Shown here: positions 9,024-17,958 of the stretch, piece by piece | Layout of the letters: the number at the start of each line of letters is the position of its first letter | How positions within the stretch are numbered: position 1 is the stretch's first letter | Source: a bacterium | Lineage (GTDB): Bacteria > Eisenbacteria > RBG-16-71-46 | DNA length: 38,564 nucleotides | Reading direction: 5' to 3' | NCBI GenBank assembly: GCA_043779265.1 | Contig: JAYWEM010000106.1 | Coordinates: 1-38,564, forward strand | Notes under the pieces: generated by a model | What the model was told of the DNA's origin: nothing | Seen by the model: only the letters and a program-made list of their open reading frames with translations | Database searches by the model: none | Program-made: the position numbers and the translations under genes

Positions 9024-9116
9024 GGGGGCTCGACGCTAGTCGGGCGACGCGGCGAGTGTCAATGTCCGGCCAGCCTCCATTGCGCCTGCTCGGCACGCCC
9101 GTCTAGGGTGCAGCCC

Positions 9117-10118
9117 ATGCCTGCCGCCCCTTTCGCCTTCGTGCCGCTTCGTGAGCGGGTCGCGCGCTTCGCCGGACGTCGCCTGTTGGTGCTGGGCGAT
9201 CTGATGCTCGATCACTACCTGTGGGGCCGCAGCGATCGCATCTCGCCCGAGGCGCCGGTGCCGGTCGTGGAGGTGGAGCGCGAGACGAGTTCGCTGGGCG
9301 GCGCGGGAAATGTCGCCGCCAACTTGCGAGCGCTCGGGGCCGAACCGGTGTTGGTGGGCGTCGTCGGGCAGGATCCGCGCGCGCAGCAGTTGTTCGACGC
9401 GTTCTCGGCCCGCGGCGTCGACACGCGCGCCATCGTGCGCGACGCGTTGCGCCCGACCACGATCAAGACGCGCGTCATCGCGCACTCCCAACAGGTCGTG
9501 CGAGCGGACTGGGAGTCCCGCGCCGATGTGACGGGGGAGGCCCTGTCGCAGCTGCTCGAGGCGCTGGAGCGCGAGTTGTCGCGCTGTGAGGCGCTGATCA
9601 TCAGCGACTATGGCAAGGGTGTGATCACCGGCGCCACACTCGAGAAGGCGATCGGCCTGGCGCGGGCGCAGGGCATCCCGGTGGCGGTCGATCCCAAGGA
9701 GTCGCACATCGACGCTTATCGCGGCGTCAGCATCGTGACCCCCAACAGCCAGGAGGCCGGCTGGGTGATGGGGCAGCGCATCATCGACGAGGCGAGCCTG
9801 ATGACCGTGGGCTGGGGACTGCAGAAGCGACTGGACCTCGAATGCGCGCTGATCACGAGAGGCGCCGAGGGGATGAGCCTGTTCGAGCGCTCCGGGCGCT
9901 ACACGCACCTGCCGACCGTCGCACGCGAGGTGTTCGACGTGACGGGGGCGGGCGATACCGTGGTGAGTGTCGTGGCGCTGGCGCTGGCGGCCGGCGCCGA
10001 TTACCCGGAGGCCTGCTACCTCGCCAACCACGCCGCCGGCGTGGTGATCCGCGAAGTCGGCACCGCGACCTGCGCCCCCGACCAACTCGAGCGCTCGCTC
10101 GGCGAGTCGCTGGCGTGA
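9117..10118 (+). CDS. rfaE1: D-glycero-beta-D-manno-heptose-7-phosphate kinase (RfaE domain I / HldA)
   Basis: GDLMLDHYLWG..DRISPEAPVPV, GGAGNVAANL, ISDYGKG, DVTGAGDTV. Start placed at ATG 9117; the longer ORF overlaps the GNAT gene on the other strand. Confidence 0.93.
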   Translation: MPAAPFAFVPLRERVARFAGRRLLVLGDLMLDHYLWGRSDRISPEAPVPVVEVERETSSLGGAGNVAANLRALGAEPVLVGVVGQDPRAQQLFDAFSARGVDTRAIVRDALRPTTIKTRVIAHSQQVVRADWESRADVTGEALSQLLEALERELSRCEALIISDYGKGVITGATLEKAIGLARAQGIPVAVDPKESHIDAYRGVSIVTPNSQEAGWVMGQRIIDEASLMTVGWGLQKRLDLECALITRGAEGMSLFERSGRYTHLPTVAREVFDVTGAGDTVVSVVALALAAGADYPEACYLANHAAGVVIREVGTATCAPDQLERSLGESLA

Positions 10119-10612
10119 GCGATCAGCCGACGGACGTGCTGCCCGCCGAGGCGAGCGCCCGGCTCGCTGCATGGCGGGCACGCGGAGAGTCGATCGTGTT
10201 CACGAACGGTGTCTACGATCTGCTGCATCGCGGCCACACCGAGTACCTCGAGGATGCGCGTGCGCTCGGGGACCGTCTCGTCGTCGGCATCAACTCGGAC
10301 GCCTCGGTCCAGCGCCTGAAGGGTCCGAGCCGGCCGATCGTCGGCGAGGGCGATCGTCGCGCGCTGATCGCGGCGCTCGCGTGCGTCGATCTGGTGATCG
10401 CGTTCGAGGACGACACGCCGCTGCGACTCATCGAAGCGGTCGAGCCGGATGTGCTCGCCAAGGGTGCGGACTATTCGATCGAGCAGATCGTCGGACGCGA
10501 CCAAGTCGAGTCGCGCGGTGGACGCGTCGTGCGCATCCCACTGCGCGAGGGCTTGAGCAGCTCGTTACTCATCGATCGCATTCGAGCGGGCAAGAGCGCA
10601 CTCGATCGCTGA
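10115..10612 (+). CDS. rfaE2: D-glycero-beta-D-manno-heptose-1-phosphate adenylyltransferase (RfaE domain II / HldC)
   Basis: GTGA overlap with the previous stop. FTNGVYDLLHRGH, GINSDASVQRLKGPSRP, FEDDTP, KGADY. Confidence 0.93.
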   Translation: MSDQPTDVLPAEASARLAAWRARGESIVFTNGVYDLLHRGHTEYLEDARALGDRLVVGINSDASVQRLKGPSRPIVGEGDRRALIAALACVDLVIAFEDDTPLRLIEAVEPDVLAKGADYSIEQIVGRDQVESRGGRVVRIPLREGLSSSLLIDRIRAGKSALDR

Positions 10613-10712
10613 AGCATCGGAAAGTGCTGGACGCCGCCACGGACAGCGCGTCACAATGGACGCTCACGATCCTTCCAGAGCGGCGCCCCCCAGTCGCAGG
10701 TCATGAGGCTCC

Positions 10713-11276
10713 ATGACGCCTGACGACTCCGCGCCAGTTTCCGCTGCGCTGTCCGTGGCGCCCGATCATTCCGCTCTCCTTCCGCTCATCTACGCCGAAC
10801 TGAGACGGATCGCAGCGCACTACATGAAGAGCGAGAAGCACAAGACGCTCCATCCAACCGAACTGGTGCACGAGGCGTATCTCAGGCTCGTTTCCGGCTG
10901 CCCACGGCTCGTGCAGGACAAGGTGCACGTCCTCGCGCTGATGGCGACCGTGATGCGCCAGGTGCTGGTCGACCGCGCGCGGGCCCGCAAGGCGGAGAAG
11001 CGGGGCGGCGACGCGCTGCGGGTCACGCTCTCCGAGTCCCTTCCGAGCCGCGGCAACCAGGAGGACGTCATCGATCTCGAGCGCGCGCTTCAGCGCCTCC
11101 ATGTCGAGGACTCGCGATCGGCCAATGCGTTCGTCCTGAGCGAGTACGGCGGCCTGACGCATATCGAGATCGGGACGCTTCTGGGCGTGAGCGAGCGCAC
11201 GATCCGCGGCGAACTCTTACATGCGCGAACCTGGCTGCATCGCCAGCTCGCAGAGCCTCAGAAAGGCGGCGCCTGA
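10713..11276 (+). CDS. ECF sigma factor of the TIGR02999 (Ser/Thr-kinase-associated) type
   Basis: LLPLIYAELRRIA, TLHPTELVHEAYLRL, MRQVLVDRARARKAEKRGG, EIGTLLGVSERTI...ARTWL. Confidence 0.9.
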   Translation: MTPDDSAPVSAALSVAPDHSALLPLIYAELRRIAAHYMKSEKHKTLHPTELVHEAYLRLVSGCPRLVQDKVHVLALMATVMRQVLVDRARARKAEKRGGDALRVTLSESLPSRGNQEDVIDLERALQRLHVEDSRSANAFVLSEYGGLTHIEIGTLLGVSERTIRGELLHARTWLHRQLAEPQKGGA

Positions 11277-13774
11277 GGATAGTGGAGTTTGTAGGGAATC
11301 GCCTGATCGGACGTGTGACTGGCCTGCATGTCGGCGAAGATCCGTTCCAGTCGCGAGTCCCCGGCGCGCGGGATCAAACGATGGATCTGTTCCCGGAGCG
11401 AGCGCAGCCGGACGCCGAACACGGGCGCCGGGTCGATGGCGGCGAGCCGCAAGTCGATTCGATAGCGCAGCAGGAGCCCTTGGAGCGCGATGCGAGGCGC
11501 ACGGCGGTCATCGATGCGAGCGGAGAGCGCATCGAGGATCCGCGTCGCGTCGGAAAATCGCGAAGAGTCGCGTTCGATGCACGCGATATCCGCGAGCACC
11601 GCGGCTCGCGAGAGCTCGAGCAGCGCGCGGTCCATCGGCATGAGGCGCATATCGGCGCGCTCCTTCACGTCGAGCGATGCTTCGGCTCGCGCGAGCGCCT
11701 CCCGCGCGACCGTTGGGTCCTCCGTGTTCCATGCCGCCAGACGCTCAGCGTCGGCAAGCGCGCAGGCCGAGTGGACCACGGTCGAATAGCCGGGCATCTG
11801 GCTGCGGATCATCCTCGCCTCCCCGAGCACGAGTCGCGCGGTGTCGAGGTGGGCTGCGGCCCCGAGTGCAGCCGCCCATAGGTGGGCCATCCCCCATTCG
11901 TGGAGCAGCGCCGCGCGTGAACTCCCGTCACCTCGGATGTCGAGGTGGCGAGTGGCGAGTGTCAGTAGGCGAAGGCCCGACATCAGCTCATCCGGCGGGC
12001 TCGTCGCGTCGAAGCGATTCTGAACGGCGAGCTCGACACGATTCGCGCCGATTCCGCCTCGCCAATGCGCCAGCGACAGCGAATCCACCGCATCAGTGGC
12101 CGCCTCGAGATCCACGATCCCGGGCAACGCGATTCGAGCGCCTTCCTCCCGGATCCGCCCGGCTCGCTCGAGTGTCGCGGTCCGATCGATGATGCGAGCG
12201 CGGTCCTCCAGAGCCATCGCCGCCGCTCCATGGCCGAGCGTCGGTGGCTCGGAGTAGAGGACGCCCAGGAAGCCCACGGTGTCCGGCATCGCAGCGCGTT
12301 TCCAGGAACGCGCCGCCAGCGTGCTCGAGAGCCAGACATCCGCCGCGCGTTCGAGGCCGACGGGGTCGTACTCGCGCTCGGCGATCAGGTAGCGCGCCTC
12401 GCCCTCGCGGAAGCGCTGGAAAGCGAGGACCTGGGCATGCCAAGGCTGGCGCTGGACTGTCTCGAGCAGAGCGCCGGCATTCACGCTGAGCGCGAGCGCC
12501 TCTTGGAGTCCTTCGTTCGTGCGCGTGTTGGCATGCAGTCGCACCATCGCGCTGTCGATATCGGTGCGGATGCGGACGAACTGCCGGTCCGGTTGCACCG
12601 CACCGAGCAGATGATCCCAGGCGGTGGGCGGACGCCTCGACACCGAGAGGAAGATGCCGATCAACACGCCGAGCGAGATCAGTCCCAGCCAGACCGGCAC
12701 GGGGAGCCTCGACCAGAGCGTCGGTGTGCGCCGCGGGCGGGCCAGAGGCTTGCGACCCTCGAGGATCCGCCGGAAGTCGGCGGCGAGAACGGCCGCTGAC
12801 TCAGTGCGATCCGCCGGGTCCTTGGCAAGTGCGGCCTCGAGCACGCGTTGCAAGGGGCCTCGGACCCGAGCCGGGAGCTCGAGCAGGGGAAGTGGCGGCT
12901 TGGTCATCACCGCAACGAGCGCGCGGTGAACGGAGTCCTCGGGGACTTCGAACGGCAGCCGGCCCGTCAACAGTTCGCACGTCAGCACGGCGAGCGCGTG
13001 GACATCGGACCTCGGTCCGATGCTGTCGGGGCGGGCGTCGGCCTGCTCGGGGCTCATGTAGCGGATCGTTCCGACGAGAACGCCCACCGTCGTCATGATG
13101 GTGGTCGCGCGCACATCGCTCTCGGCGAGTCGCGCCACGCCGAAGTCGAGCACGACGGGCTGGCCGTCCGGACGCACCAGGATGTTCTCGGGCTTCAAGT
13201 CGCGATGGACGATGCCCTTGTCGTGGGCGTGCTGGACCGCATCGCAGATCCTGGCCATCAACTCCAGCCGCTCGTCGATCGAGCGCTCGTGGCTGGCCCA
13301 GCGGCGCAGGTCCTCACCTTCGATCCGATCCATGGCGAGCCACGGCCGGTCGTGTCCGCCCACATTCTCCACGCCGGTCGCGACGAATCGCGCGATGCCG
13401 GGGTGATCCAGCCGCCGCTGGGCCTCGGCCTCGCGACGGAAGCGGGCGAGCAGAGAGGGGGAGAGCCAGCCCTCTCGAAGCAGCTTGAGCGCCACTTCGG
13501 GCTCACCCGGGCGGGCGGCCAACAGCACGACGCCCATCCCGCCTCGGCCCAACTCCTGCCGGACGACGTAGCCCGAGACCACCTTGGGCAAGGGCGCGCC
13601 CTCGTCGGCGGCGAGGCTCGCGGCGATCTGGGAATGGGAGGCGAGCAGCGCCGAGATCTCGGCCTCGACCTCGGGCAAGCCCTCGGTCTGGGCACGGAGG
13701 AACTCCGCGCGAGCATCCTCGGGAAGCTCGAGCACCTGCAGGAACAAGGACTTGGCGAGGTCGTAATGGCCCAG
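11258..13774 (-). CDS. Membrane Hanks-type Ser/Thr protein kinase with a C-terminal helical (TPR-like) extracytoplasmic region
   Basis: LGRGGMGVV, VALK, HRDLKPEN, DFG, GTIRYMSPEQ; TM segment VPVWLGLISLGVLIGIFLSV. Start uncertain: CTG at 13774 with GGAGG 7 nt upstream, or TTG at 13747. Confidence 0.9.
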   Translation of the reverse strand: MGHYDLAKSLFLQVLELPEDARAEFLRAQTEGLPEVEAEISALLASHSQIAASLAADEGAPLPKVVSGYVVRQELGRGGMGVVLLAARPGEPEVALKLLREGWLSPSLLARFRREAEAQRRLDHPGIARFVATGVENVGGHDRPWLAMDRIEGEDLRRWASHERSIDERLELMARICDAVQHAHDKGIVHRDLKPENILVRPDGQPVVLDFGVARLAESDVRATTIMTTVGVLVGTIRYMSPEQADARPDSIGPRSDVHALAVLTCELLTGRLPFEVPEDSVHRALVAVMTKPPLPLLELPARVRGPLQRVLEAALAKDPADRTESAAVLAADFRRILEGRKPLARPRRTPTLWSRLPVPVWLGLISLGVLIGIFLSVSRRPPTAWDHLLGAVQPDRQFVRIRTDIDSAMVRLHANTRTNEGLQEALALSVNAGALLETVQRQPWHAQVLAFQRFREGEARYLIAEREYDPVGLERAADVWLSSTLAARSWKRAAMPDTVGFLGVLYSEPPTLGHGAAAMALEDRARIIDRTATLERAGRIREEGARIALPGIVDLEAATDAVDSLSLAHWRGGIGANRVELAVQNRFDATSPPDELMSGLRLLTLATRHLDIRGDGSSRAALLHEWGMAHLWAAALGAAAHLDTARLVLGEARMIRSQMPGYSTVVHSACALADAERLAAWNTEDPTVAREALARAEASLDVKERADMRLMPMDRALLELSRAAVLADIACIERDSSRFSDATRILDALSARIDDRRAPRIALQGLLLRYRIDLRLAAIDPAPVFGVRLRSLREQIHRLIPRAGDSRLERIFADMQASHTSDQAIPYKLHYPQAPPF

Positions 13775-14042
13775 CGGTCGGCCTCCGGCGGGACGGGATC
13801 GGCCGAGACGGTATCACGAGAAGCGCACGACGTGAGGGGGGCCTTGCCGGTTCGACGCCAGGATTCCGCTTGTCCGGAGTAGAGGGCGTCACGGAGTCCG
13901 AGCATGGGGGACTTCTCTGACCGGTGGGGTGTCGTGGTAGCCGCCCCCCCGACTGTGCGGCGTGCGGCCCGGGTTCGCTCGCGGGTCTCGCGCTGTCATC
14001 CGGCCGTCGTCCGGGGTTCCGCCCGCTTCGGGGGAAGCGACG

Positions 14043-14076
14043 GAGCTCCCGGTTCGGCGGCCGGGCTCTTTTTTTT
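14043..14076 (+). terminator. Intrinsic terminator (GC hairpin plus 8 T) upstream of the aldehyde dehydrogenase, with no + strand CDS directly before it
   Basis: GAGC-TC-CCGGT-TCGGCG-GCCGG-GCTC followed by TTTTTTTT at 14069-14076. Confidence 0.6.
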
Positions 14077-14253
14077 CAAGGGTGCTCCTCGAGGACTAGG
14101 GCATCCGACAGCCCCTGGGCCCTCGCTTGCCGCTCTCCGCGGTCCCCCCTTACTGTCCGTCGTCCTTTCTCGATGGGGCCTCTTCTCTCTTCCCGCATGC
14201 GTGCCGCGAGATCCGCGAACGTCGCGTCGGCCCCCGATTCCACGGAGACGGCC

Positions 14254-15735
14254 ATGTCCACCTTCCAGAACTACATCGGCGGCAAGTGGGTCCCTGCTCG
14301 TTCCGGGCGGACCCGGAGCAACATCAACCCGGCGACCGGCGAGCTGATCGGCGAGTTCCCCGACTCCGGCCCCGAGGATGTCGCGGCTGCGGCCGAGGCC
14401 GCTCGAGCGGCCCAGCGAGCATGGGCTCTGACGCCTGCGCCCAAACGTGGTGAGCTGCTCTATCAGTTGGCCGCACGCATCGCCGAGCAGAAGGAGTCGC
14501 TCGCCCGTGACGCGACGCGCGAGATGGGCAAGATCCTCATCGAGACGCGCGGCGATGTTCAAGAGGGCGTGGACATGGCCTACCTTGCGGCAGGCGAGGG
14601 TCGGCGCATGCACGGCTTCACCACTCCGAGCGAGATGCCGGACAAATGGGCGATGTCGATTCGAGTTCCCGTGGGCGTCGTCGGTGTCATCACCGCGTGG
14701 AACTTCCCGTTCGCCGTGCCGACCTGGAAGATCTTCCCGGCGCTGCTCTCAGGCAACACGGTCGTGTTCAAACCGTCCGAGGAGACGCCGCACATGGGCT
14801 GGCACCTGGCGCGTCTGTTCGAGGAAGTCGGCCTGCCGCCCGGCGTATTCAATGTCGTGCACGGCACCGGTGCCGAAGTCGGCTGGCCGATCGTGCAACA
14901 TCCGCTCATCGACGTGATCTCGTTCACCGGCTCCAATCCGGTCGGCAATCAGATCGCCACCGAGGGCGCGCGGCTCGGCAAGCGCGTGTCGCTCGAGATG
15001 GGCGGCAAGAACGGCGTGATCGTGCTCGATGATGCCGATGTCTCGCTCGCGGCCACCGCGATCGCGTGGGGCGCGTTCGGTACGACCGGCCAGCGCTGCA
15101 CCGCAACGAGCCGCGTGATCGTTCAGGAGAAGGTGCACGACGAGCTGCTCTCGCTGGTCGTCCAGCGGGCGCAGGCGCTCAAGCTCGGCGACGGGCTCGA
15201 GGAGAGCGTCCAGATGGGCCCGGTGGTGAACGCACGTCAGTTGGAGCGCATCGCGGGCTACATGAAGGTCGGAACGGGCGAGGGCGCCTCGGTCGCGACC
15301 GGTGGTGCCCGCGCGCAGGGCGGAGCGCTCGACAAGGGCTTCTTCTTCCAGCCGACGGTGTTCACCGGCGTCCGCCCGACGATGCGCGTCGCGCAGGAGG
15401 AGATCTTCGGTCCGGTCGTCGGATTCGTGAAGGTGAAGAACCTCGACGAGGCGATCGCGGTCAACAACGACACGCCCTTCGGCCTGTCCTCGAGCATCTT
15501 CACGCGTGACGTCCGCAATGCCTTCATCGGCATGCGCGACCTCGCCAGCGGCATCGTCTACGTGAATCACGGCACCACCGGAGCCGAGACGCACCTGCCG
15601 TTCGGTGGCACCCGCGGCACCGGCAATGGGCACCGCGAGGCGGGACACACGATGCTCGACGCTTTCACCGATTGGAAGAGCCTCTACATCGATTTCAGCG
15701 GTCGACTGCAGCGGGCTCAGATCGACAACAACTGA
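14254..15735 (+). CDS. NAD(P)-dependent aldehyde dehydrogenase
   Basis: GGAG RBS; MSTFQNYIGGKW start; ITAWNFP, KPSE, FTGS, catalytic LEMGGKN and GQRCTA, EEIFGP. Confidence 0.95.
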   Translation: MSTFQNYIGGKWVPARSGRTRSNINPATGELIGEFPDSGPEDVAAAAEAARAAQRAWALTPAPKRGELLYQLAARIAEQKESLARDATREMGKILIETRGDVQEGVDMAYLAAGEGRRMHGFTTPSEMPDKWAMSIRVPVGVVGVITAWNFPFAVPTWKIFPALLSGNTVVFKPSEETPHMGWHLARLFEEVGLPPGVFNVVHGTGAEVGWPIVQHPLIDVISFTGSNPVGNQIATEGARLGKRVSLEMGGKNGVIVLDDADVSLAATAIAWGAFGTTGQRCTATSRVIVQEKVHDELLSLVVQRAQALKLGDGLEESVQMGPVVNARQLERIAGYMKVGTGEGASVATGGARAQGGALDKGFFFQPTVFTGVRPTMRVAQEEIFGPVVGFVKVKNLDEAIAVNNDTPFGLSSSIFTRDVRNAFIGMRDLASGIVYVNHGTTGAETHLPFGGTRGTGNGHREAGHTMLDAFTDWKSLYIDFSGRLQRAQIDNN

Positions 15736-15755
15736 GGCGAGCCGAAACGGAATCG

Positions 15756-15783
15756 CGATGGCCCCGCTCAGGCGGGGCCATCG
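15756..15783. terminator. Hairpin between convergent genes, probable terminator
   Basis: CGATGGCCCCGC-TCAG-GCGGGGCCATCG, a perfect 12-bp stem followed by TCGTTTC. Confidence 0.7.
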
Positions 15784-15802
15784 TCGTTTCGGCGGCGGGC
15801 GC

Positions 15803-16582
15803 TCAGCGAGCGCGGATCTTGAGCTGGCCCCACGAGGACGGAGGGCGCTTGTTCACGGCGTCCGCCACGACGCGCAGTGGTCCCATGGCGATCGCCCGCG
15901 GCGCATAGGGTCCGGGGCACGATTCGGCATCACAATCCGACAGTACGAGAGAGATCGACTCGGTATCCGAGAAGTCGAATCCGTCGTGAGTCGTGAAGTC
16001 CGAGAGCGCGAAGGTGGGATCGCCCGGTGAGTCGAGGGTTCGAGTGAGATCGGCGAAAGGCGCTCCAGCGGGTCCGTTCTGCGAGCGCAGGACGAAGTAG
16101 GCGATCAGCGGCTGCGAAGGGGAGAGGGCGCCCGTGACCGAGAAGCGGAAGGCCGACACGCCGCGAGCCACCAGGTCGAGGTCCCAGTCAACCGCCGCGC
16201 GAGAGAACTCCACCTCGAGTCCCATGGCGGAGGGCCCCTCGCCCGAGAACTCCAGTTGGCCGCCCGCGTCCGCTACTCGCGCGTGGGCCGGTGTGTCCTC
16301 CGAATCGCAGAAGGTGCGAACCGAGCGACGCGCGCCCCCGAGCGCAAGCGCGAAGCCGTCCTGGATGGCACCGCATTCAGCGACGACGATCTCGCCAGGT
16401 GGACAGCTGATCCCGTCGCAAAAGGGACCCGAGAACACGACTCGAGGTGTGGTCGCCGGCAGGCACTCGTTCGGCGGCAGGGAAATCGCCCAACTCTCGA
16501 ACACCACTTCCGCCGCAGCCTGAGTGGCCACCGGAAGATCGAGCAGGGCGAGGACACTCAGAATCGCTGGGATGGCACGCAT
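15803..16582 (-). CDS. Secreted Cys-containing hypothetical protein with a C-terminal SSWGQLKIRAR motif
   Basis: GGAGG RBS before ATG 16582. Signal peptide MRAIPAILSVLALLDLPVATQAAA. Ends VVADAVNKRPPSSWGQLKIRAR. Confidence 0.7.
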   Translation of the reverse strand: MRAIPAILSVLALLDLPVATQAAAEVVFESWAISLPPNECLPATTPRVVFSGPFCDGISCPPGEIVVAECGAIQDGFALALGGARRSVRTFCDSEDTPAHARVADAGGQLEFSGEGPSAMGLEVEFSRAAVDWDLDLVARGVSAFRFSVTGALSPSQPLIAYFVLRSQNGPAGAPFADLTRTLDSPGDPTFALSDFTTHDGFDFSDTESISLVLSDCDAESCPGPYAPRAIAMGPLRVVADAVNKRPPSSWGQLKIRAR

Positions 16583-16705
16583 GAGGACCTCCACATCGGG
16601 GCCCCGATCGGGATCGTCCGATCGGCCCGCGCTGGGAATCATCCTCCCGCTTCCAGGGGGACCGCCATGGGTTTCTTGCAAGGTGGGTTGGAGGGTGCTC
16701 CCTGC

Positions 16706-16734
16706 TTGCCTGCGGCGCAGGTGTCCCGTAGCTT
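16706..16734 (+). promoter_or_regulatory. Candidate sigma70 promoter for sucCD-ndk
   Basis: TTGCCT-N17-TAGCTT about 85 bp upstream of sucC. Confidence 0.4.
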
Positions 16735-16818
16735 TCCCGGTTCTTCTCATCACCCCCGAGCCATCTTCCCCGAGCGCCCTCGCGCGATTCCCGCCCCTCC
16801 GGATCCACGGGAGACCCC

Positions 16819-17958
16819 ATGAACCTGCATGAGTACCAAGGCAAGGAATTGTTCGCGCGCTACGGGATCCCCGTGCTGCCGGGGCAGGTCGCCGGGACGC
16901 CCGAGGAGGCGCGCGATATCGCCGCTTCGATCGGCGGACTCGTCGTCATCAAGGCGCAGGTTCAGGCGGGCGGACGTGGCAAGGCCGGTGGCGTGAAGCT
17001 GGCGAGCACGCCCGAGGAGGCGTTCGAGAAGGCCCAGGCGATCCTCACGCTGACGATCAAGGGCCTGCCGGTGCACAAGGTGCTCGTGACCCAGGCGGCT
17101 GACATCGCCAAGGAGTACTACCTCTCGATCGTGATGGACCGCGAGAAGAAGGCGCCGCTCATCATGTTCTCGACCGAAGGCGGAGTCGACATCGAGGAAG
17201 TGGCGCACTCCACCCCCGAGAAGATCGTGAAGCAGCACATCCCGCTCGACGGATTGCGGCCGTACCAGGCGCGCAACCTGATGGCGAAGGCGTTCCCCGA
17301 CTTCAAGCAGGCGCAGCAGGCAGCCGCTGTGTTGATGGGTCTCTACCGTGCGTTCATGGACGGGGACTGCACGCTGGTCGAGATCAATCCGCTGGCGGTG
17401 ACGCCCGAAGGGAAGGTCGTCGCGCTCGATGCCAAGGTCGTGCTGGATGAGAACGCCGAGTACCGGCACCGCGACTGGAAGAGCTGGCGCGACCCGGCCG
17501 AGGAGACCGCGGGCGAGCGGCTCGCCCGTGAGAAGGGGCTGTCCTACGTCAAGCTCGAGGGGGACATCGGCTGCATCGTCAACGGCGCCGGGCTGGCCAT
17601 GGCGACGATGGACCTGATCAAGCACCACGGCGGCGATCCGGCCAACTTCCTCGACATCGGCGGCTCGTCGAATCCCGAGAAGGTCACGGCGGCGCTGCGC
17701 ATCATCACCGGCGACGGCAACGTCCGCGCGATCCTGTTCAACATCTTCGGCGGGATCACGCGCTGCGATGACGTGGCCAACGGCATCGTCGCCGCGCTCA
17801 AGGAATCCCCGTTCTCGGTGCCGCTCGTGATCCGACTGACGGGCACCAACGAGGTCAAGGCCCGCGAGATCCTCGCGGCCAACGGACTGTCGGCGACGAC
17901 CAGCATGGACGAGGCGGTGCAGATGGTGATCGCTCGTGCTCAGGAGGTGACGGCGTGA
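16819..17958 (+). CDS. sucC: Succinyl-CoA synthetase beta subunit
   Basis: [57 protein letters not shown]. Confidence 0.98.
   Translation: MNLHEYQGKELFARYGIPVLPGQVAGTPEEARDIAASIGGLVVIKAQVQAGGRGKAGGVKLASTPEEAFEKAQAILTLTIKGLPVHKVLVTQAADIAKEYYLSIVMDREKKAPLIMFSTEGGVDIEEVAHSTPEKIVKQHIPLDGLRPYQARNLMAKAFPDFKQAQQAAAVLMGLYRAFMDGDCTLVEINPLAVTPEGKVVALDAKVVLDENAEYRHRDWKSWRDPAEETAGERLAREKGLSYVKLEGDIGCIVNGAGLAMATMDLIKHHGGDPANFLDIGGSSNPEKVTAALRIITGDGNVRAILFNIFGGITRCDDVANGIVAALKESPFSVPLVIRLTGTNEVKAREILAANGLSATTSMDEAVQMVIARAQEVTA

Noticed and set aside
8472..9116. Apparent N-terminal fusion on the heptose kinase (548-aa ORF)
   Set aside because: The extension overlaps the GNAT gene on the opposite strand; homology begins at ATG 9117.
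9117..10612. Split hldA/hldC instead of fused hldE
   Set aside because: A common, well-known arrangement in many diderm phyla.
13900..14080. Match to c-di-AMP (ydaO), guanidine-I, T-box, SRP or 6S RNA
   Set aside because: Only short fragments resemble these (GGGTTCCG, CGCCGAA); the diagnostic conserved cores are missing.
13904..14347. 147-aa ORF and the 110-aa ALDH extension across the leader region
   Set aside because: Both run through the terminator T-tract and have low-complexity Arg/Pro/Gly composition; the ALDH has a good RBS at ATG 14254.
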